Below are positions 49,679 through 59,537 of a DNA stretch of 64,000 nt, one piece after another. The stretch is from an uncultured Planctomycetota bacterium (GTDB taxonomy: Bacteria > Planctomycetota > PUPC01). The notes beneath the pieces were generated by a model. That model had not been told where the DNA came from and did not search any database. It worked only from the letters and a program-made list of their open reading frames with translations. Every line of letters starts with the position of its first letter. Position 1 is the first letter of the stretch. The DNA is taken from NCBI GenBank assembly GCA_964385685.1, contig CAYLQD010000003.1:30361-94360 (forward strand), written 5' to 3'. Made by a program: the position numbers and the translations under genes.

Positions 49679-50668
49679 ATGTCCACCGCCCGGCGGCGCG
49701 GCTTCACGCTCATCGAGTTGTTGATGGTCGTCGTTGTCATCGCGATCCTCGTCGCGGTCGCGCTTCCCGTGCTCTTCAAGATTCTGAGCGACGCCGAGAT
49801 CGTCCAATGCCAGGGCCGCCTGAAGAACGTCGGCACGTGGTTCATCGCGGAGGCGGTCGTGCCCAGGAACCGGGCGTACCCCGCAGGGCACCCGACGCAG
49901 CGCACGTCGCCCGGCCGCTGGCCCACCATACACTCGGAACTGATATCCTCGCTGAAGACCGAGGAGATCACGCGGTGTCCGTCGGTCAAGCCCGAGTCCC
50001 CGCTCAGCTCGGACGTCTGGTCCACATGCTCCTACGCCTACGTCGGCAACATGAACCTGATGTACTCGTGCACGTGCAGTGAGTGCGGCAGCGATGGGAA
50101 GGACGTCTGGCGGCTGTACTGGTCGGGCGTGGACTACACCGGGGACCACGGGGACGCCGATGCCGGCGGCAATCTCAACAAGCTGAAAGGGCTCCCGCTG
50201 GCCGACAACCTCGTCTTCCTGCGGGGCAGCGTCGACGGAGACGAGCCGACCAGCCCGACCATCCCCGACCATCAGGACACGGCCGTGTTCACGAGCGACG
50301 ACCGCCCGGTGAAGTTCCGCGACCAGCGCGCCCTCCGCGCCATTCCCATGACGCCAGCCGACCACAACCGCAGCGTGCCCCTCGTCCTCGACATTCTCGT
50401 CTATCGAACGACGGGCACGACGGGTTTCCCGACCTCGAGCGCCACGAGCTGGAAGGCGAGCGACCTGGACATCACCGAGACCAACAAGTATGACGTGCTC
50501 TATGCCAACCACTGCAACACGTCCGCCACGAACAAGAGGGACTGGGGAATCAACATCTTCTACTCGAACGGACAGGTGAAGTGGAAGGGGTGGGACGACC
50601 TGCGATTCCAGGTGACGGTGAAGAAGGTCGTCGAGGACGCCAACAAGTACCACTCGTATTTCTATTGA
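49679..50668 (+). CDS. Prepilin-type N-terminal cleavage/methylation domain protein
   Basis: RRRG|FTLIELLMVVVVIAILVAVALP class III signal; C-terminal GINIFYSNGQV resembles the Planctomycete H-X9-DG motif region. Confidence 0.85.
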   Translation: MSTARRRGFTLIELLMVVVVIAILVAVALPVLFKILSDAEIVQCQGRLKNVGTWFIAEAVVPRNRAYPAGHPTQRTSPGRWPTIHSELISSLKTEEITRCPSVKPESPLSSDVWSTCSYAYVGNMNLMYSCTCSECGSDGKDVWRLYWSGVDYTGDHGDADAGGNLNKLKGLPLADNLVFLRGSVDGDEPTSPTIPDHQDTAVFTSDDRPVKFRDQRALRAIPMTPADHNRSVPLVLDILVYRTTGTTGFPTSSATSWKASDLDITETNKYDVLYANHCNTSATNKRDWGINIFYSNGQVKWKGWDDLRFQVTVKKVVEDANKYHSYFY

Positions 50669-50686
50669 GCCGGCGCGGCGGGGATA

Positions 50687-52810
50687 TCACGGCGGCGGGG
50701 GCCCGCTCTTCTTCCTCAACGCGTCTATCTCGGCCTCAAGTTCGCCGATGTGGCGCGTCGCGTCGGCGTGCAGGTCGCCCCCCTCTTCGACGTAGAGCTG
50801 GACCTTCCTGAACAGCGCGATCGCCTGCTCCTTGAGCTTGATGTCGTCACCGCTCGCGTAGCGGAGGTCCCGCGCCCTGTTGTAGAACACCTTGGCCTGG
50901 TGACGCATGTCGGCGAGCCGCGTCTTGCCGACCGTGGCGATCGGATCCCAGCTCATCGCTCTCAGGTACAGCCGGCGCGCCTCCTTCGGGTCGTTGTCCT
51001 TCCGGAGGGCGGCGTCGCCCATGTCGCGGTACTCGAGTGCGATCTCCTTGCGCCGCTCCTTGTTGGCCAACCCGTTCAGCTTGTCGAGCGCGCGCTTGTG
51101 GTAGGCGTTCTTTGTGCTGGTCTCCTCGCGCACGGCGTCGTTCCAGAGGAACCTCGCCCGGTCGTAGTCCTTGGCGTCGTGGGCCTTCTGCGCCTCGTCG
51201 AGCATGTGCATGATGCGCTCGATCTTCGATGCCAGCGGGTCCAGCTCGGTCAGTCGGTGGTCGGCGATGAGCTTGATGGCCTCGGTCCCGCGGCCGGCCT
51301 CGTAGAGGGCCTTGGCGTTGCGGTGCCATCGCTCGCGCTCGAGTTCGCGCAGGCGGGCCGTGATGCGCTGCTGGAGCGCGGCCTTTCGCGGGCTCAGCGG
51401 CCCGCCGTCGGCGATCCCGTCGAGAATCTTCCGCGCGGCCATCAGCGAGGGGATCGTGTCTTCGCGGTATCGCGCGTGCGCCGCCCTGAGCTGCGCCTCT
51501 TCGCTCATCCGCTTGCGGGCCGAGCGGATGCCCCGCTCGATGCGCGGCTTGTGCGCGTCCGACGCAAACTTCCTCGCCGCGGTGTATTGCGTGATCGCCT
51601 CCTGCCATTTCCCCCCGTCGAGGGCCGCCTTCGCCAGCCGGAGCCGCCGTTCGCAGGCCGCGGCGACCGTGTCGGCGATCCGGACCTCGTACTTCGGGTA
51701 GATCGGGCTCGTCTTCGGGAGCTTCTGGAACTCGGCCAGCGCCTCCTCCGGCTTGTCCTCGCCGAGGAGCTTCAAGGCCCCCGCGACCACCGCCTCGTGG
51801 TGCTGCACGTCGTAGATCCAGTCGATGCGGTCCTCCGCGAACTGCTTCACCCGGCTCGTCACCCAGTTGCTTTCTCGCAGATCGCGCAGCGCCGACTCGA
51901 CCGAGAGCCAGTTGAACTCGTCGAACGACTTGCCCGACTTCTCCCATTCTCGGGCGATATCTCGAAGGATGCCGGCCACGGCGTAGGTCGGCCGGCCTTT
52001 GTGGGCCTCGGTCAGTTTCCCGATCGCCGCCTTGAACTCGCCCTTCTTCATGTCTTCGATGGCGGTGTCGGTCAGGTCGTTGTATCGCTGCCTCGGGAAC
52101 ATCGGACGCTGATTGTCGTCATCGTCGTCGCGCGGTTTCGAGGACGTCATCGCAAGTGCGATGATCAGCAGGAGCGCGACGGCGATGGCGCCGATGACGA
52201 GATAACGGTTTCGCTTCCGCTCCGAGTCGGCCTGGTCGGCGTAGTAGCCGGAGAGGTCGGTGGCCGGCGCGGCGCCGCGCGGCACGATCTCGACCTCGCG
52301 GCTCGTCCGCGGGTCCCGCAGATACATCCGCCCCTCCCGGGCGACGACCTGCGGCTGCAACGCCTCCGAGTCGTAGGCCTGGGGCACGAACGTGCCGTCG
52401 ACGGGGGTGTCGTCGGCGCCGGGCTCGTCGGCGAACCGCGGCGCGCCCCCGGGCGTCTCGAGCGGCGCGGTCGGCGGGGGCTCGGGCGCCGGCTGCTGCG
52501 GCGCCGCGGCCGCGGCGCCCGCCGCTGCGGGCGCGTCCAGCACGAGTTGGAACCCGCCCAGGAGCACCTTGTCGCCGTCCTTCAACACGCACGACGTCAC
52601 CTGGTTGCCGTTGACGAACGTGCCGTTGGAGCTGCCCAGGTCGCGGATCGTCAAGGCGCCGCCGTCGACGAAGCACTCGATGTGCTGCTTCGACACGTTG
52701 GAGCCCGCGACGACGATGTCGCAGGACGGATGCCGGCCGATGATGGTGCTGCCCTCGCGGAGGGGATAGGCCCGCTGCGCCCCGTCCTCTTCTTCTGCCC
52801 AAAACTGCAT
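50687..52810 (-). CDS. FHA-domain membrane protein with TPR-like C-terminal region
   Basis: IIGRHPSCDI...VSKQH...IRDLGSSNGTFVNG; TM; long helical repeats. Confidence 0.85.
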   Translation of the reverse strand: MQFWAEEEDGAQRAYPLREGSTIIGRHPSCDIVVAGSNVSKQHIECFVDGGALTIRDLGSSNGTFVNGNQVTSCVLKDGDKVLLGGFQLVLDAPAAAGAAAAAPQQPAPEPPPTAPLETPGGAPRFADEPGADDTPVDGTFVPQAYDSEALQPQVVAREGRMYLRDPRTSREVEIVPRGAAPATDLSGYYADQADSERKRNRYLVIGAIAVALLLIIALAMTSSKPRDDDDDNQRPMFPRQRYNDLTDTAIEDMKKGEFKAAIGKLTEAHKGRPTYAVAGILRDIAREWEKSGKSFDEFNWLSVESALRDLRESNWVTSRVKQFAEDRIDWIYDVQHHEAVVAGALKLLGEDKPEEALAEFQKLPKTSPIYPKYEVRIADTVAAACERRLRLAKAALDGGKWQEAITQYTAARKFASDAHKPRIERGIRSARKRMSEEAQLRAAHARYREDTIPSLMAARKILDGIADGGPLSPRKAALQQRITARLRELERERWHRNAKALYEAGRGTEAIKLIADHRLTELDPLASKIERIMHMLDEAQKAHDAKDYDRARFLWNDAVREETSTKNAYHKRALDKLNGLANKERRKEIALEYRDMGDAALRKDNDPKEARRLYLRAMSWDPIATVGKTRLADMRHQAKVFYNRARDLRYASGDDIKLKEQAIALFRKVQLYVEEGGDLHADATRHIGELEAEIDALRKKSGPPPP

Positions 52811-52815
52811 CGAGT

Positions 52816-54105
52816 TCACCCTCGTCTCTGCCGCAAGTACCGGTCGATCGCCCGGTCGTAGATGATCCGGAGCTTCTTGTGCCGGAGGTCGTTCTCGTCG
52901 GGGATCAGGACCTTCAGGTCGTTGATGGCCCGCACGACGCCCGGCGTGTCCGCGTCACGGAGCATCAAGAGCGCCCGGAACTTGATCTTGTCGAACTCCT
53001 CGTCGATTTCCTTCTCCGCGGCTCGCTCGCCGACGTCGGCCTCTTTGAAGAGAGCGGTCCCCGCCGGAGTCCGGACCGGCTCGATCATCTCGGCCGCCCT
53101 GGCGTACTGCTGCATGGCCAGATAAGTGTGCCCGCGCTGTCCGGCGGATTCTGCGCCCGCGAGCAGGTTCCGCGTGAGCTGCAGCCGCTCCGCGTTGCTC
53201 AGGCGCTCGGGCCCGCTGGCCCTGGGGACCTGGCCGCGAACGAGGATCCGCACGATACACCGCCGCCCCCCGGGGCCCCGCAGCCTGACGTCCGTCTGCC
53301 GGCCGACGTCGATGCCCCGGACGACCGCCATGAACCCGGAGTTCCGCTCCGCCGACGTCACCTCGATCGCGAGGGAGGCAACGTCGTTCTCAACGTGCTG
53401 TTCGTAGTATCGATCGCGCGGGTCGTAGTACGTCACCAGCCGCCCGCCCTCCATCCGCGTGTTCAGCCCGAGGTCGACGACCTTCTCCTCGTTGGCCTTG
53501 ACCATCACCGACTTGACGTTCTGCTCGACCGCTTGCCCGCCGGCCAGGTTCCACGCGATCGCGCCGACGACGATGATGGCGGCGAGCACGCCCAGATAGA
53601 TGAGCGCGCTGCGCGCCCCGCCGACCGCCGCCGCCTCCTCGACGCCGGTCTGCGCATCGGCCATCCCGCCCGGGCCGAACAGGTCGTCGACGAACACAGG
53701 CCGCTCGGCCAGGGCGCCCGCGGGTTGCGCCGGGGCCACCGCCTGGGACGCCGGGGGCGCCGGCGCCGCCGCCGCGGTCGGAGCCGGCTCGACCATCACC
53801 GCCTCCACGATCTGCTCCGAGCGGAACTCGATCGCCACGTCGCCCAGCTCGAACCGGTCGCCGGTCCCCACCGTCAACTCGCGGAGCGTCGCGCCTTCGA
53901 ACACGATCCCGTTGTGGCTGCCGAGGTCGGTCAGGACACACCGATCGCCGTCGAGCCGCACCCGCACGTGCTGGCGCGAGACCGACTGGTCGGGAACGAC
54001 GAAATCGTTCTGCGAACTCCGGCCGATCGTCGCGGCCCGGTCGGTCAGGACGAACTCCTTGCCGCTCAGCCGCGAGTTGATGATTCGGAGCTTCGCTCTT
54101 ATCAT
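52816..54105 (-). CDS. FHA-domain membrane protein
   Basis: TIGRSSQND...VSRQH...LTDLGSHNGI; Pro/Ala linker; TM; extracytoplasmic domain. Confidence 0.85.
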   Translation of the reverse strand: MIRAKLRIINSRLSGKEFVLTDRAATIGRSSQNDFVVPDQSVSRQHVRVRLDGDRCVLTDLGSHNGIVFEGATLRELTVGTGDRFELGDVAIEFRSEQIVEAVMVEPAPTAAAAPAPPASQAVAPAQPAGALAERPVFVDDLFGPGGMADAQTGVEEAAAVGGARSALIYLGVLAAIIVVGAIAWNLAGGQAVEQNVKSVMVKANEEKVVDLGLNTRMEGGRLVTYYDPRDRYYEQHVENDVASLAIEVTSAERNSGFMAVVRGIDVGRQTDVRLRGPGGRRCIVRILVRGQVPRASGPERLSNAERLQLTRNLLAGAESAGQRGHTYLAMQQYARAAEMIEPVRTPAGTALFKEADVGERAAEKEIDEEFDKIKFRALLMLRDADTPGVVRAINDLKVLIPDENDLRHKKLRIIYDRAIDRYLRQRRG

Positions 54106-54146
54106 TCGTGGGCAAATCCGCGCGACCGGACGACCGCGCCGGCGGC

Positions 54147-54494
54147 CTACTCGATGATCTCGAGCCGCACGCCGCGACGCAAACCCCGCCTCAGAGCCGT
54201 CCCAGAACTCAATTCTAGCACGCTCTCCGCAGACAGACAAGCCGATACCCGCCCGGGCCGCAGCCCCTCGACGACCTTGCACACCTCGAGCTGCTCGTCA
54301 AGGTACACCACGTCGATCGGGAACCTCATGCGGAACGTGTGGATCAGGCGGCAGGCCGGGAGCCACATGCCCTCGTCCTCGGGCAGCGCGTCGCGGCCCA
54401 GCAGGCCCCGCATCCGGTCGCGGGCCTTCCGCGCCACGTGCAGCCGCTCGACGACCGTCGTTCCGTCCTCTGCGAGGACCGCTCGGGCGCTCAT
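54147..54494 (-). CDS. DUF192 family protein
   Basis: ARDRMRGLLGR...EGMWL..C..IHTFRMRFPIDVVYLD...VLELSSG. Confidence 0.88.
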   Translation of the reverse strand: MSARAVLAEDGTTVVERLHVARKARDRMRGLLGRDALPEDEGMWLPACRLIHTFRMRFPIDVVYLDEQLEVCKVVEGLRPGRVSACLSAESVLELSSGTALRRGLRRGVRLEIIE

Positions 54495-55438
54495 GACAGC
54501 AGTTTGTAGTCCAGGAGCAGTTTCAGGGCGACGGGCCCCAGGATGATGAGAAAGACGGTCGGGAAAATGAAGAGAATCAGGGGCAGGAGAATCTTGACGG
54601 GTGCCTCCATCGCCTTCTTCTCCGCCATCTGCTCGCGGCGGACGCGCATCTGTTCGGCCTGGATCCGCAGGACCGGGCCGATGCTCGCGCCCAGCTCGTC
54701 CGCCTGGATGAGCGAGCCGGTCACGTTCGTCATCGCCTCCAGGTCGACGCGGTGGGCGAGCTGCCGGAGCGCCTCGGACCGCGCCTGCCCCATCTGGATC
54801 TGGCGGAGCAGCTCGCCGAACTCGTCCCCGAGGGGCGAGTCGGGAATCTTCTTCAGGATGCGGCCCAGCGCCGACGTGAAGTCCAATCCCGCCTCAACGG
54901 AAAGTGTCAGCAGGTCGAGGGCGAACGGGAGCGCGCGGAAGATGGCCGTCTTGCGCCGCTGGGTCTGCGCCTGCAGCCAGGCGAGCGGCCACAGCGAACC
55001 GCAGATGAAGCCGGCGGCCAGCATGAGCGTCCAGCCGGTCGAGGCGGTGCCCAGCGCGCCGACGGCCAAGCCGATCAGCGAGCAGAGAAACACGAGCCCG
55101 AAATACTCGTCGCCCACCAGTCCGTGCGGCGAGCCCGCCGCGATCAGGTTGCGTTCCGCGCGGTCGCGCAGCGACAGCCACGGCCCCTTCCGGCCCGTCT
55201 GCACGAACCGCTGCTCGGCGCGCAGCGTGAAGTAGCGCAGAAAGAGCCCGAACGGCCGGGAGAACGTGACGAGCAGACGGAAGGCGGGCGAGGCGATTCG
55301 CCCCCGCCGCTCCTCGTCGATGCGCGTCGCCTCGACGATCTCCGCCCGCATGCGCGCGATCGCCAGGACGAGCAGGAAGGCGCACCCCGCCCCCGACACG
55401 AGAATCACGGTCACCATCAGCGTTTCAGAAGCCTGCAT
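54491..55438 (-). CDS. tadC: Tad inner-membrane platform protein TadC (T2SS F family)
   Basis: LPFALDLLTLSVEAGLDF, QADELGASIGPVLRIQAEQMR.RREQMAEKKAMEAPVKILLPLILFIFP. Confidence 0.9.
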   Translation of the reverse strand: MQASETLMVTVILVSGAGCAFLLVLAIARMRAEIVEATRIDEERRGRIASPAFRLLVTFSRPFGLFLRYFTLRAEQRFVQTGRKGPWLSLRDRAERNLIAAGSPHGLVGDEYFGLVFLCSLIGLAVGALGTASTGWTLMLAAGFICGSLWPLAWLQAQTQRRKTAIFRALPFALDLLTLSVEAGLDFTSALGRILKKIPDSPLGDEFGELLRQIQMGQARSEALRQLAHRVDLEAMTNVTGSLIQADELGASIGPVLRIQAEQMRVRREQMAEKKAMEAPVKILLPLILFIFPTVFLIILGPVALKLLLDYKLLS

Positions 55439-55444
55439 AGCGCC

Positions 55445-56290
55445 TCACACATCGATGTTGACGATCTTCAGGATGGTCGCGATGCCGAGAATCTGGAGCG
55501 CGACAATGAGGGCGATCAGGCCCCAGCCGTAGATCGTGCTGTAAACGGGCTCCATCAGTTTCGGGTTGATCGCGTTGATGGCGATCCCCAGCAGGGGCGG
55601 CAGCGAGCAGATCAGGGCCGCCTGCCATTTGCCCTGCGCCGTCAGAGCCCTGATCTTGCCGTAGAGCCGGTGGCGCGAGCGGATCGTGTCGGCGATGTTG
55701 TCGAACACCTCGGTCAGGTTGCCGCCGACGTCGCGCGAGATCGTGATCGCCGTGACGACGAGGTCGAGATCCTCGCTCGGCATCCGGCCGAGCAGGTTCC
55801 CGAGCGCCTCCTCCATGCTCAGGCCGAACCGAAGCTGCTGGTTCACGAGCCGGAACTCCTGGCTGATGGGGTTGGGCATCTCGCGCTGAACCATGTCGAA
55901 CGCCTGGTGCAGGCTGAACCCCGCGCGGAGCGAGTTGCTGATGTTCATGAGCGCGTCGACGAGCTGTTCGCGGAACTTCACATCGCGGCGCTTCTTCAGC
56001 CACCGTATGGCGAGCGACGGGAGCGCGAACCCGACGAGTCCGAGGATGACGCCCCACGCGATGCTGCCGAAGACGAGGCCCGACATCACTCCGATGAGGA
56101 CGCTCGACGCGAACGAGACGTAGATCAGGTGCTGCATCGGGATGGTGAGGTACATCGAGTCGAGCGTGCGGCTCGCGCCCTCGACATACCGCTCTTCGTA
56201 GCTCTGCCAGCCGCTGCTGAAGAGCTGGAATCCGACGAGGACGAAGAGCGCGACGGCTCCCCCGCCCGAGAGCAGGATGGCGACGCTCAT
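55445..56290 (-). CDS. tadB: Tad inner-membrane platform protein TadB
   Basis: FREQLVDALMNISNSLRAGFSL, ISRDVGGNLTEV, IRALTAQGK, ILKIVNIDV. Confidence 0.9.
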   Translation of the reverse strand: MSVAILLSGGGAVALFVLVGFQLFSSGWQSYEERYVEGASRTLDSMYLTIPMQHLIYVSFASSVLIGVMSGLVFGSIAWGVILGLVGFALPSLAIRWLKKRRDVKFREQLVDALMNISNSLRAGFSLHQAFDMVQREMPNPISQEFRLVNQQLRFGLSMEEALGNLLGRMPSEDLDLVVTAITISRDVGGNLTEVFDNIADTIRSRHRLYGKIRALTAQGKWQAALICSLPPLLGIAINAINPKLMEPVYSTIYGWGLIALIVALQILGIATILKIVNIDV

Positions 56291-56373
56291 CACGGTGCCG
56301 CCGAAGTCGAATCCCACGCGTTTCTCCAGGTCACGACCCGAATCCCAATCGCGATCAGCCGCGGCGATTGGGG

Positions 56374-56586
56374 CTATTGCGGCACGCACTGATAATGGAC
56401 GCCGCGCTCTTGCGCCAGAGATTCTTCGCTAGCGCTCAGAATGACAGCCATTGCTCCGCAACTGCTCTCATAACTCGGTCCTGTCTTGCTGAGCCCTTCG
56501 CTTCGTTCAGGATGACACAACTGCAGCCCCTTGGGTTGAATATGTCATCCTGAGCGTTAGCGAAGGATCTCGCTTTTCAACAAAGC
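56374..56586. mobile_element. Composite/degenerate REP-bearing miniature element
   Basis: Left end ctattgcggcacgcactgataatgga resembles the family A TIR; three REP-like half-sites; right end ttttcaacaaagc resembles the TIR of the 11920-12049 element. Confidence 0.55.
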
Positions 56587-56592
56587 AAATCG

Positions 56593-56807
56593 GTAACACT
56601 TCAGCCCAGTGAAGGGCACGAAGTGCGGAAAACGGGACAGCCAGCGGGTGGCAGTCCCTGTTTTCCGCCTGCGTGTCTCGGCAGCGCTGCGGGCGAAAAA
56701 CGGCGACTGGCACCAGCGAAGCGAGTGAAACGAGCGAAGACGTGCCCGCTCCGAAGGTGCGCGTCACCGCTTTTCGCCCTCGCTACCCCACTTGGCTGAA
56801 GTGTTAC
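56593..56807. mobile_element. 215-bp MITE with perfect 14-bp TIRs and an 8-bp target-site duplication
   Basis: gtaacacttcagcc (56593-56606) and ggctgaagtgttac (56794-56807); flanking direct repeat gcaaatcg at 56585-56592 and 56808-56815. Confidence 0.85.
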
Positions 56808-56820
56808 GCAAATCGCAATC

Positions 56821-57014
56821 CTATTGAAGTTCATGTTGGTAATGGAACAGAGCCGAGAAACAGCAGAGGTCCCCGCCTCGATGGCGGGCAAGCTTCGCTT
56901 CGCTCAGGATGACACAACTAGAGCCCCTTGCACGGAGCATGTCATTCTGAGCGTCAGCGAAGAATCTCCGGAACGCATTGGTCGTTTCCATTGTCAACAT
57001 GCGACTCAATAATC
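56821..57014. mobile_element. MITE family A copy 3 (opposite orientation to copies 1 and 2)
   Basis: ctattgaagttcatgttggtaatggaa ... ttccattgtcaacatgcgactcaataatc; internal blocks nearly identical to copy 1. Confidence 0.75.
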
Positions 57015-57017
57015 GGC

Positions 57018-58670
57018 TTACCGCCCGCTCGGCGAAGCGAAGATGCTCATGTCCACCTCGTGGCCGCGCCGGCGCAGCTCGTGGAAGAACTCGGGCACCG
57101 TGCCCGTCGGCTCATGCGTCCCGAGCACCTCGCCGTTCGGGCCCAGGCCCGTCTGCTCGAACCGGAACACCTCCTGAAGCGTGATGATGTCCTGCTCCAT
57201 CCCGGTGATCTCGGTCACGGAGATGACGCGGCGCTTGCCGTCGCTCTGCCGGGCGATCTGAATGACCATGTCCATCGCCGACGCGACCTGGTCGCGGATC
57301 GCGCGCGTCGGCAGTTCCATCCCGGCCATGAGGACGAGGGTCTCGAGCCGGGAGAGGCAATCGCGAGGCGAGTTCGCGTGGATGGTCGTCAGCGAGCCGT
57401 CGTGCCCCGTGTTCATCGCCTGGAGCATGTCGAGCGCCTCGGGGCCGCGGACCTCGCCGACGATGATGCGGTCGGGCCGCATCCGCAGGCTGTTCATAAC
57501 GAGCTGCCGGATGGGGATCGCGCCCTTGTTCTCGATGTTCGGCGGCTTCGATTCGAGCCGCACGACGTGCTCCTGCGAGAGCTTCAGCTCGGCCGCGTCT
57601 TCGATCGTGACGATCCGTTCGTCGGCGGGGACGAACATCGAGAGCACGTTCAGGAGCGTCGTCTTGCCCGAGCCCGTGCCGCCCGAGATGATGATGTTGC
57701 GGCGGTGCTCGACGCACAGCCGGCAATACGCGGCCACGCCCGCCGGGAGCGTGCCGAACCCGATCAGGTCGTCGATCGTGAACGGCTCGGTCGCGAACTT
57801 TCGGATCGTGAGCGTCGGCCCGGTCAGCGAGAGCGGAGCGATGATGGCGTTGACGCGCGAGCCGTCGGCCAGCCGCGCATCGACCATCGGGCTGACCTCG
57901 TCGATCCGCCGGCCGATGGGGGCGAGGATCCGGCGGATCACCTCGACCACCTGCCGGTCGTCGGTGAACCGCTTGTCGGTCAGTTCGAGCTTGCCGCTCT
58001 TCTCGACGTAGATGTTGCTCCAGCCGTTGACCATGATCTCGTCGATCTCGTCATCGGCGAGCAGGTCTTCGATGGGCCCGAGCCCGAGCGCCTCGTCGGC
58101 GATCTCCTTGATGAGGTCGCGGTTCGACAGCCAGACGGGCACCTCGTCGGACAGGCGGTTGATGATGGTTTCGATGACCTTCTCGGTGCGGCTGCGGACC
58201 TCGTCGGGCGGGACGGTGCTGAGGTCGACGTGCCGCAGGTCGAGGTCCTGGATGAGCTTGTCGTGGATCTTGCGCTTCAGCTCGGGCGGGGTGTAGCGGC
58301 GGTCGGCCGCGGCCGGGTCCGCGGCCTTCGGCATCGCCATGGTCTTCGGCGCGGGGCCGATGGTCGCCGGCCCGGCCGCGCCGGTGCGGAACACGATGGT
58401 GAAATCGCCGAGCTGGATGATGGCGCCGTCGGGGAGCGGGACCTTGCCCTGGATCAGCTCGCCGTTGACGTAGGTGCCGTTGCGGCTCCTGAGATCGCGG
58501 ACGACGTGGCCGCCGTCGGCCGCGGCCAGCTCGCAGTGCTCGCGCGAGATGTTGACGCGGTCGAGCACGAGGTCGCAGGTGTCCTTCTTGCCGATGACGA
58601 AGCGGGGCCCGGCGATCTCGACGCGCCGCCGGCTGCCGTCCTTGCGGTCGGTCACGAGCAGATGGGCCAC
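57018..58670 (-). CDS. cpaF: CpaF/TadA pilus ATPase with N-terminal FHA domain
   Basis: FVIGKKDTCDLVL...ISREH...VRDLRSRNGTYVNG (FHA); GLGPIEDLL.D..IDEIMVNG, ISGGTGSGKTT, IEDAAEL, MRPDRIIVGEVRG, AMNTGHDGSLTTIHAN. Confidence 0.93.
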   Translation of the reverse strand: MAHLLVTDRKDGSRRRVEIAGPRFVIGKKDTCDLVLDRVNISREHCELAAADGGHVVRDLRSRNGTYVNGELIQGKVPLPDGAIIQLGDFTIVFRTGAAGPATIGPAPKTMAMPKAADPAAADRRYTPPELKRKIHDKLIQDLDLRHVDLSTVPPDEVRSRTEKVIETIINRLSDEVPVWLSNRDLIKEIADEALGLGPIEDLLADDEIDEIMVNGWSNIYVEKSGKLELTDKRFTDDRQVVEVIRRILAPIGRRIDEVSPMVDARLADGSRVNAIIAPLSLTGPTLTIRKFATEPFTIDDLIGFGTLPAGVAAYCRLCVEHRRNIIISGGTGSGKTTLLNVLSMFVPADERIVTIEDAAELKLSQEHVVRLESKPPNIENKGAIPIRQLVMNSLRMRPDRIIVGEVRGPEALDMLQAMNTGHDGSLTTIHANSPRDCLSRLETLVLMAGMELPTRAIRDQVASAMDMVIQIARQSDGKRRVISVTEITGMEQDIITLQEVFRFEQTGLGPNGEVLGTHEPTGTVPEFFHELRRRGHEVDMSIFASPSGR

Positions 58671-58674
58671 GGGC

Positions 58675-59496
58675 TTATCTCCCGCCGCCGCCGGGCCTCG
58701 AGGGCGAAGCCGGGGGGGGCTTCTCGACGGCCGCCTTGCGGATGAGGGTGTCGAGGTTGTCGAGCGTGATCTTGTCGATCTTGCTGGGGTCCCGGCCGGT
58801 CGCGTCGGCGGGCCCGCGGATCACGAGGTGGAGCTTGCCCTGGTCGGCGAGGAACGCGAGCAGGTTCGCCTGCAGCGGCTGCACGCGGAGCGTCACGGTC
58901 GAGTAGGTCGCGTAGTCGCGCCGCTGCCGCGCCGACCGGAAGCTGCCCGGCACCGAGCGCGAGTGGAGATCGGTCGCGACGACCCGCATCCCCGTCAGGA
59001 CCGTCTGCGTGACGGGCTCGATGGGCGCGTTCGGGTCGCGGCGGACGCGGAGGGTGACGAGCACGTCGACGATTGTCCCGGGCAGGAGCCGGCCCGCGCA
59101 GCCGGTGACCTTGTCGACCGGGATGGTGATCTGGCGGTAGCCGGCGGGTGTCCTGGCCGCGGGATCGGCCGCCTCCTCGCCCTCCTCGAAATGGATCCAG
59201 GTGAGGACCGTCCCGGCTCTGACCTGCCTCTGGATGGTCCTGCCGACGACGTTGGTCAACTCGCGCGCCAGAATCACGCGGCCGTCCCGAATCATGTTCT
59301 GGTCCGCATCGTCCTCGCCCAGCATGTCGTTCCGGATCACCTCGCCCGCCTTGATGTCTCGGCCGGCCACGAGCACCTTGACCGTCTTCTTCGAGCCCTG
59401 GGCCTTCTGCTCTATCTGCACGATGTGGGCCCGCAGGCCGAGGGCGGCGATGAAGCCGAGCACGATGGCGACCACGAGGGCGACTTTCGATTTCAC
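58675..59496 (-). CDS. cpaB: Flp pilus assembly protein CpaB/RcpC
   Basis: VLVAGRDIKAGEVI (SAF), ITIPVDKVTGCAGRLLPGTIVDVL, TVTLRV, LHLVIR. Confidence 0.88.
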   Translation of the reverse strand: MKSKVALVVAIVLGFIAALGLRAHIVQIEQKAQGSKKTVKVLVAGRDIKAGEVIRNDMLGEDDADQNMIRDGRVILARELTNVVGRTIQRQVRAGTVLTWIHFEEGEEAADPAARTPAGYRQITIPVDKVTGCAGRLLPGTIVDVLVTLRVRRDPNAPIEPVTQTVLTGMRVVATDLHSRSVPGSFRSARQRRDYATYSTVTLRVQPLQANLLAFLADQGKLHLVIRGPADATGRDPSKIDKITLDNLDTLIRKAAVEKPPPASPSRPGGGGR

Positions 59497-59537
59497 GGTG
59501 ATGCCTCCGAACTGGAAGGGACGGGCCGAAGCGGCGG

